DNA of 64,000 nucleotides from Candidatus Babeliales bacterium (GTDB lineage Bacteria; Babelota; Babeliae; Babelales; JANWKD01): NCBI GenBank assembly GCA_963722255.1, contig CAVRJO010000001.1, positions 81,007 to 145,006 of the forward strand, read 5' to 3'. Shown piece by piece: positions 58,210 to 64,000 of this stretch (position 1 is its first letter; each line of letters starts with the position of its first letter). The notes under the pieces were generated by a model. It saw only the letters and a program-made list of their open reading frames with translations, ran no database searches and was not told where the DNA came from. The position numbers and the translations under genes were made by a program.

Positions 58210-59283
58210 TTGGATATAATGAAGCTGCCGATTGTATTCGTCTTGTACGATAGCATAACTAACTCTATTTTTGATTCTCAAATAGCACAACCTTTACTTC
58301 AGCAACAAACTGATCTTGGCACAGTAATCACCATTGTTAGCTTCGAAAAGAGAATGGTGACTCAAGAATTAAACACGATTGCACAGCAATATCCAACGCT
58401 CAATTTTATTTTTTTAAAAAATAGAATCTTCGTGCACAAAGCTTTACTCTCTACATTAGCAAACAAATTACATGCATTATTAAGTAAGCTTGCCTCATAT
58501 AAACTCATAGCGCGAGGACCTATAGCAGGATATCTTTGCATGCAAGCTTTGCAAAAAACAAACTGTTTTGAATTCATTATTCAAGCGCGAGGAATTTTGG
58601 CTGAAGAATATCGTTTTACCCATGCAAGAACAAACAATAATTACCTAAGAGCTCTTCATTACTTTCGTTCATATCAATTTGAAAAAGTCGAAAAATCGGT
58701 CTATAGCAAACAAACTGCTTATGTTGTTCCAACAACAATAGAAGCAGTCAGTCCTGCATTAAAAGAATATCTCATACAACATTATCAGGCTGATCCAAAT
58801 ATGATTCATATTGCGCAGATAGATATTCCTTTACCATTTTCGACCGACGTAATACAGAAATGGAGAAAAATCACTCGTTCTGAATTAGGTGTTTCTGAAA
58901 AAACCTCTATCTATTGCTATAATGGCTCATTAAAACCGTGGCAATGCCCTCAAGAAACCATCTCCTTTTTTAAAGAACAACTCATTAAAAATACCGATGT
59001 GTATTTATTAGTTCTTACACAAGATAAACATGATTTTGAAAAAATCATTCAAAACTATTTGATTGATCCTACAAAATACAAAGTAATTACTGTTCCTCAT
59101 AAAGAAATCTACCGTTATTTAGCCGGTTGCGATTCGGGAATCATATTCAGAGAGAAAAATAGTATAAACTGGACATCGCGACCTACAAAAATTTTAGAGT
59201 ACCAAGCAGTAGGTCTTCCTATCATTCACAATAATACGATTGCAATGCTTCAGAATTCTTCTTCAATACAAGAAGTTCAGTAA
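58210..59283 (+). CDS. hypothetical protein (weak glycosyltransferase-like C-terminal motif)
   Basis: 357 aa; ...KILEYQAVGLPIIHN resembles the E-x7-E/G-x-P region of GT-B glycosyltransferases; assignment is tentative. Confidence 0.3.
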   Translation: MDIMKLPIVFVLYDSITNSIFDSQIAQPLLQQQTDLGTVITIVSFEKRMVTQELNTIAQQYPTLNFIFLKNRIFVHKALLSTLANKLHALLSKLASYKLIARGPIAGYLCMQALQKTNCFEFIIQARGILAEEYRFTHARTNNNYLRALHYFRSYQFEKVEKSVYSKQTAYVVPTTIEAVSPALKEYLIQHYQADPNMIHIAQIDIPLPFSTDVIQKWRKITRSELGVSEKTSIYCYNGSLKPWQCPQETISFFKEQLIKNTDVYLLVLTQDKHDFEKIIQNYLIDPTKYKVITVPHKEIYRYLAGCDSGIIFREKNSINWTSRPTKILEYQAVGLPIIHNNTIAMLQNSSSIQEVQ

Positions 59284-59819
59284 CATTTTGACAAAATTGG
59301 AGAAAGAACTCCTACAAATAAACAAATGGTAAAAACCAGTTCAGTCACAAGCACACCAACTCCTAAACGACTTACTAGGCTATTGGTTGACCTTATTTTA
59401 TCGCAATCTTCAATGTATCCATTGAGAGAGTTAATAAGAATTTTACTTCCTATTTTTTGAACGCTAGAATTTAGTTTAGCTATTTTATCATCTTTTTTAC
59501 TATCTAAAAAATTATTTTTTTGATAGCGCATTAATTTTTTTAATAATCGATATTTTTTTGGTTTGTGCTCCTGTAATTCTGCAATATTTTTCTCCAAAAA
59601 TGGCCTTATTGAAACAATGCCAATCAAAAAAGATCGTGATAAAAAATCGCAGATCTCTTTGTGCTCATTGAGGCAAGAAACAATGTGCGTATCTTTTGAA
59701 CTATTTTCAATATCAACGTTTTCCTTCATTTCCATACCCATAAGAAAAGAAAAGTTCAAAACATATACAAGGGTTACCGTAAAAAAATATTTCATCCTGG
59801 CTCCTTTATAGTTATGCAT
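59277..59819 (-). CDS. hypothetical membrane protein
   Basis: N-terminal and C-terminal TM segments; no recognisable domain. Confidence 0.3.
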   Translation of the reverse strand: MHNYKGARMKYFFTVTLVYVLNFSFLMGMEMKENVDIENSSKDTHIVSCLNEHKEICDFLSRSFLIGIVSIRPFLEKNIAELQEHKPKKYRLLKKLMRYQKNNFLDSKKDDKIAKLNSSVQKIGSKILINSLNGYIEDCDKIRSTNSLVSRLGVGVLVTELVFTICLFVGVLSPILSKCY

Positions 59820-60136
59820 AACAATTTAAAAAAAGAGGAAGAAACGTTGAAAGGATTCCAACACTACAGGTAATAAAACATACGGTGCATGCACCACATA
59901 TACTGTTGCGCCAACATCGTGAACTTTTAATTTTTAATTTTTTTTCATTTTCAATTTCTAACCATGCACCCATAAGCAGCTGAGCGAAACTTATCTTCAT
60001 CTGATTATCGGGATAGAAAAAATTCTTCTGAAATAACAGTTTTTTTTGAGAATCATTCTTATTGTTTTCAATAAGCTGTGCAATGCGATAATATTCTTGG
60101 GGAGATTTATTTTTTAATTCTTCAACTTTCTCTTGC

Positions 60137-60640
60137 TCGAGAGGATCGATGTATTACAAGCCTAAACCTCAAAAAAATAATGATGCAATTATTATGAATG
60201 AGCTACGTGAAATTTATCAAGAAACGCCTTCCTATGGCTATCGGCGCATGACAGTAGCTTTAAGAGAAAATGGTTTTTTGGTTAATCATAAAAAAGTTTT
60301 TATGTTGCTTAAGATAGCGGGCATCCAGGCCATTTACCCTCGCAAAAAAACAACCATACGAAATCAGGGGCACAAAGTATTTCCTTATTTATTGCGTGGG
60401 TTGCTTATTAATCGACCAAATCAGGTTTGGCAAGTAGATATAACCTATATAAAAATACGGGGTGGTTTTGTATATTTGGTTTGCTTAATTGATGTTTTTA
60501 GTCGAAAAATCATGGGATGGAAATTGTCAATTTCTCTTGATACAGCGTTATGCATAGAGGCGTTCAATAGTGCTTTGCAACATGGTATTCCAGAAATTGT
60601 TAATAGCGACCAAGGATGTCAATTTACCAGTGCTCTGTGA
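60137..60640 (+). mobile_element. IS3-family element internal fragment (copy 3, ~500 bp, plus orientation)
   Basis: ORF MYYKPKPQKNND...GGFVYLVCLIDVFSRKIMGWKLSISLDTAL...SDQGCQFTSAL is identical in protein to orfB of copy 1 without its frameshift; similarity starts at ctcgagaggatcgatgtattacaagcc (60136) and ends after QFTSAL. Confidence 0.75.
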
Positions 60641-60938
60641 GGTTTTTAATATAGCGTTCTTTTCCAGTATGCTTTATACCAAAAAATTGTTCTGCCAAAG
60701 CGATTATATCGATTTCAACATTATCTTCAACATCATGTGAATTCATTGAAGTCGAACCGGATGAATATAATTCCTCATCCAGATCTTTGATCATGCTGAT
60801 CTCTTTTTTCTTCACTGATCTTCTTAAGGTATCTTTCCATGATCCTTCTTCAGATGAATAACCAGGTTTTTCCAATTCCATGCTCATTAATCTTAATGAA
60901 ATGAACAGGGAAATTATGAGTAGATTACTTATTTTCAT
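60624..60938 (-). CDS. small hypothetical secreted acidic protein
   Basis: Signal peptide MKISNLLIISLFISLRLMSM; acidic/serine-rich. Confidence 0.3.
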   Translation of the reverse strand: MKISNLLIISLFISLRLMSMELEKPGYSSEEGSWKDTLRRSVKKKEISMIKDLDEELYSSGSTSMNSHDVEDNVEIDIIALAEQFFGIKHTGKERYIKNLTEHW

Positions 60939-61064
60939 ACAAAACTCTTCTTATAGACTTTCTATGACTATAAGAGTTTTTACAAAGTTGATGCAATGGT
61001 TTTCTATTTAAAAAAAGGAAATAGTGTAATCAAATATTGTAACTACTCATAAAATAAAAAAATT

Positions 61065-62336
61065 TTAGATAAGCAATCCGACGATCATTGCAGAAAGCAA
61101 ATTGGATAATGATCCACCAAGCACAGCTAATACGCCTAATTCGGTAAGCCATTCTCTTTTTTCGGGAACTAATGAACCAATGCCACCAATTTGGATACCA
61201 ATGCAAGAAAAATTGGAAAACCCGCACAATGCATACGTCAATAATGCAACTGACCGTTCAGAGAAGTTTTGTGACAACAAATGCCCATAGGCAATAAGCT
61301 CATTAATGGTCACTTTTATCCCCAGCAAATTCCCGGCTTTCAATGCTTCTTGGCCTGTAAAACCAAGCAAGTAACCAAACGGAGAAAACAGCCATGAAAA
61401 GATATATGACAAATTTATTATTGGAAATTGCACCGATAATCCTAGATACTGCAAAAGCTCCTGTACCTGTAATGAGGAAAACTCAAGAACTTTATTAAAT
61501 AATGCAATAAGTGAAATAAACGAAACCAACATTGCGCCAACATTGAGCGCAAGATATAATCCATCAGTTGTTCCTGTTGAAATAGCATCAAGTGCATTTT
61601 TTGATGAACTGGTAACTGCATGAGCACCTGCTGCTGTTTCTGGTTTTTCAGTTTCAGGATACAATATTTTAGCTATCATTAGGGTACCGGGAATCGCCAT
61701 GATACTTGCTGTTAATAAATGCACGGCAGGAATTCCCATAGCAGCAAAAACCATAAGAATTGCACCACTAATGGTACCCATACCACTCACCATGACAACA
61801 ACAATTTCGGATTTGGTCATATTTTTTAAATAAGTACGCACTAATAACGGCGCTTCTGTTTGGCCTAAAAAACTATTTGCAATAGCACATAACGTTTCAG
61901 CTCCTGAAGTGCCTAAAAGAGGTCGCATTATAAAACTCATCGCAGAAACAATCTTTTGCACAATTCCAAGATAAAAAAGCAATGACATAAGTGCACCAAA
62001 AAAAATGATAAGAGGCAAAACCTTAAAGGCAAAAATAAATGCCCATGCCCCCGATGCATCAATTAAATTCCCAAATAAAAAACGAGAACCTTCATCAGCA
62101 CAACAATAAATTTTATTAATACCATCTGCCAAAGCATGTACAATGCTCACTCCAATTGAAGTTTTTAGCATACAAAATGCTAAAACAATTTCTAAAAGCA
62201 ATGCCTTAACAATTAAAAGATAATTTATTGAACTTCGCTTGCGGGACGCCAGAATCGCAATGCCAAGAATTATAAAAATGCCCAAAAGATTACAATAACG
62301 ATTATACTGTAGCAAATATGATATCATAAATCTCAT
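61065..62336 (-). CDS. nupC: NupC/CNT-family concentrative nucleoside transporter
   Basis: 423-aa polytopic membrane protein; conserved C-terminal region ...GFSNFSCIGIQIGGIGSLVPEKR...LLSAMIVGLL typical of NupC. Confidence 0.75.
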   Translation of the reverse strand: MRFMISYLLQYNRYCNLLGIFIILGIAILASRKRSSINYLLIVKALLLEIVLAFCMLKTSIGVSIVHALADGINKIYCCADEGSRFLFGNLIDASGAWAFIFAFKVLPLIIFFGALMSLLFYLGIVQKIVSAMSFIMRPLLGTSGAETLCAIANSFLGQTEAPLLVRTYLKNMTKSEIVVVMVSGMGTISGAILMVFAAMGIPAVHLLTASIMAIPGTLMIAKILYPETEKPETAAGAHAVTSSSKNALDAISTGTTDGLYLALNVGAMLVSFISLIALFNKVLEFSSLQVQELLQYLGLSVQFPIINLSYIFSWLFSPFGYLLGFTGQEALKAGNLLGIKVTINELIAYGHLLSQNFSERSVALLTYALCGFSNFSCIGIQIGGIGSLVPEKREWLTELGVLAVLGGSLSNLLSAMIVGLLI

Positions 62337-62370
62337 CCCGAATGTCTAGAGTGTCTATAAAAAATCTATT

Positions 62371-63468
62371 TTATTTTTTTACTGTTAATGCCGCAAGTGC
62401 TTGTTGTTTTTTACGCTCTTGTCGGCCATAAATGATGAGTGCATCTATAATTTCATCAAGATCACCTTCCATCACCATATCAAGTCTTTTTAGAGTAAGA
62501 TCAATTTGATGATCAGTAATTCGATTTTGAGGATAATTATAAGTACGTACTTTTTCAGAGCGTAACGCTCCTCCAACCATCTCTTTTCTTTTTTGGCTTT
62601 GTTCAGCTTCATGCTTTTCTTTTTGCGATGCAAGAAGACGAGCTTGAATAATTTTCATCGCTTTAGCTCTATTTTTATGCTGCGACCGCTCATCCTGGCA
62701 GGCAACAACAATGCCTGACGGAATATGCGTAATGCGCACTGCTGAGTCCGTTTTATTGACATGCTGCCCACCGGCACCACTTGCTCGGTAGGTATCAATA
62801 CGTAAATCAGAAGGGTTTATTGCAATATCAACTTCTTGCCCTTCAGGCAATACAGCAACAGTTGCCGTTGACGTATGTATTCTTCCTGCTGTTTCTGTTT
62901 GCGGAACCCGTTGCACGCGATGAACGCCAGACTCATATTTTAAATGAGCGAACACTTTTTTTCCTTGAATATGCAAAATAGCTTCACGTATTCCACCCAA
63001 ATCAGTTGAACTTGAATCAACCAAAGAAACTTCCCACCCTTTTGAAAGAGCATAGTTGGAATACATCTTAAGAAGATCTCCCGCAAAAAGAGCAGCTTCT
63101 TGTCCACCGGTTCCCGCTCGAGTTTCAAGAAAAACGGAAGTATCATCAAGAGGATCCGGAGGATATAATACCTCATCAAGTTCATTCTGATGCACTTTAA
63201 GCTTTTGCTCAACAGCAAGAACCTCTTCGGCAAAAAGCTCAATTAATGCAGGATCTGTGGCATTTGCTTGTTGTTCTTTAAGCTCATTAAGTTCGCGCTG
63301 TGTTGCTTCAATCGCTTCATGAATCCCAAGAAGATTCTTAAGATATGAATGCTCCCTCTGAATTTCTTGACGTTGCATGACTTCAAGTGAGGGTTGAAGC
63401 AATTTTTGCTCTAGCTGGCTATACCGCTCTTGTAACTGTTCCCATTGAATATCCATAGGTTGTTGCAA
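62371..63468 (-). CDS. prfA: peptide chain release factor 1
   Basis: GGQ motif (SGAGGQHVNKTDSAVRITH), PxT-region domain, 365 aa. Confidence 0.95.
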   Translation of the reverse strand: MQQPMDIQWEQLQERYSQLEQKLLQPSLEVMQRQEIQREHSYLKNLLGIHEAIEATQRELNELKEQQANATDPALIELFAEEVLAVEQKLKVHQNELDEVLYPPDPLDDTSVFLETRAGTGGQEAALFAGDLLKMYSNYALSKGWEVSLVDSSSTDLGGIREAILHIQGKKVFAHLKYESGVHRVQRVPQTETAGRIHTSTATVAVLPEGQEVDIAINPSDLRIDTYRASGAGGQHVNKTDSAVRITHIPSGIVVACQDERSQHKNRAKAMKIIQARLLASQKEKHEAEQSQKRKEMVGGALRSEKVRTYNYPQNRITDHQIDLTLKRLDMVMEGDLDEIIDALIIYGRQERKKQQALAALTVKK

Positions 63469-63491
63469 TTTCGTTTAAAAAAGACCTATTA

Positions 63492-63704
63492 TTAGGCTCT
63501 TTTAATACCTTTTTTAAAGCGTTTTTCAAACTTTTCAATTCTTCCAGCAGTATCAAGGAACTTTTGTTCGCCGGTATAATAAGGATGACATGCAGAACAG
63601 ATTGTTGCTCTGATATCAGTCAATGTTGATTGTGTAGTAAATGAATTGCCGCATGCACAATGTGCAACAACTTCATGCATTTCGGGATGAATAGCTTGTT
63701 TCAT
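63492..63704 (-). CDS. rpmE: 50S ribosomal protein L31
   Basis: [22 protein letters not shown]...[10 protein letters not shown] with Cys4 zinc ribbon; 70 aa. Confidence 0.9.
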   Translation of the reverse strand: MKQAIHPEMHEVVAHCACGNSFTTQSTLTDIRATICSACHPYYTGEQKFLDTAGRIEKFEKRFKKGIKRA

Positions 63705-63936
63705 AAGAAAAACTCCTAATAATCATATAATGAATCTAAGTACCAATTAGTATCTCTAAAATCCAATATCTTGTAAAGTTACTAGTATAAAAACTCCTAT
63801 TCCAATTTTTTATGTTTTTTACCTGTCTAACTTATTTTTTTTAAAAATTATTTACAAATATAAATATTTATTGATCTAATGTCAAGCTTTATGGTACCTT
63901 TATAATAGAAATTATGTAAAATAGAGGCATTTATTA

Positions 63937-64000
63937 TGAAAAAACAGTTAAAATTGATAAAAATTATCATAATTCCAGTAATATGCATACTTTGCATGCC
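63937..64000 (+). CDS. 5' end of a hypothetical secreted/membrane protein (runs off the window)
   Basis: ATG preceded by A-rich RBS; MKKQLKLIKIIIIPVICILCMP... Confidence 0.2.

Noticed and set aside
1-64000. Looked for CRISPR arrays, rRNA genes, tmRNA/RNase P/SRP RNA signatures and integrase genes
   Set aside because: No regularly spaced short direct repeats, no rRNA-like conserved blocks and no recognisable tyrosine/serine recombinase ORF were seen. Structured ncRNAs cannot be excluded without covariance-model searches.

Overview
This 64-kb window looks like low-GC bacterial chromosome (roughly mid-30s % GC by eye) from an organism with the hallmarks of an obligate host-associated lifestyle. 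It carries at least five ankyrin-repeat proteins plus ankyrin gene remnants, and many signal-peptide proteins with no recognisable function. It also holds decayed insertion sequences, a bacterial class C group II intron and a toxin-antitoxin pair. Shine-Dalgarno motifs (GGAG/AGGA) precede most genes, and tRNA-His encodes G-1 opposite C73. Together these argue against Bacteroidetes and against Rickettsiales-type Alphaproteobacteria, but I cannot name the lineage from sequence alone.

The conserved backbone genes are mutS, a sodium:solute symporter, psd, uvrA, tRNA-His/tRNA-Pro, an FtsW/RodA-type SEDS protein, a band-7/SPFH-domain protein, ruvB-yebC-yicC, dnaE, tRNA-Phe, pheS, galU, a frameshifted ppsA, a PEBP-family protein, brnQ, nupC, prfA and rpmE.

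The most striking accessory content is a head-to-tail array of four large paralogous secreted proteins at 23.6-31.4 kb. Each has a signal peptide, a Cys-doublet repeat module, a right-handed beta-helix-like repeat region and a conserved C-terminal tail ending ...LTGPFAGxNLF[IM]. The array is bracketed by ~56-bp direct repeats of the 5' end of the SPFH gene, and half of a palindromic repeat element sits at one junction. A fifth, divergent paralog lies at 39-40.7 kb.

Other notable items are listed here.
- A secreted proline-rich protein carries a perfect class I SH3-ligand heptapeptide (RPLPPLP), an IPPPPPSP stretch and an acidic tail, which makes it a candidate host-targeting effector.
- A small protein ends in a poly-cysteine string (CCCLCCC).
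- An intact group IIC intron sits immediately after a Rho-independent terminator.
- There are three copies of one IS3-family element: one full-length copy with a 1-nt frameshift in orfB, and two ~500-bp internal fragments, one of them nested in an IS4-like transposase remnant.
- A HepT/MntA toxin-antitoxin pair lies near a YhcG-like PD-(D/E)xK nuclease in a small accessory islet.
- ppsA is broken by a single-base insertion inside its catalytic-histidine motif.
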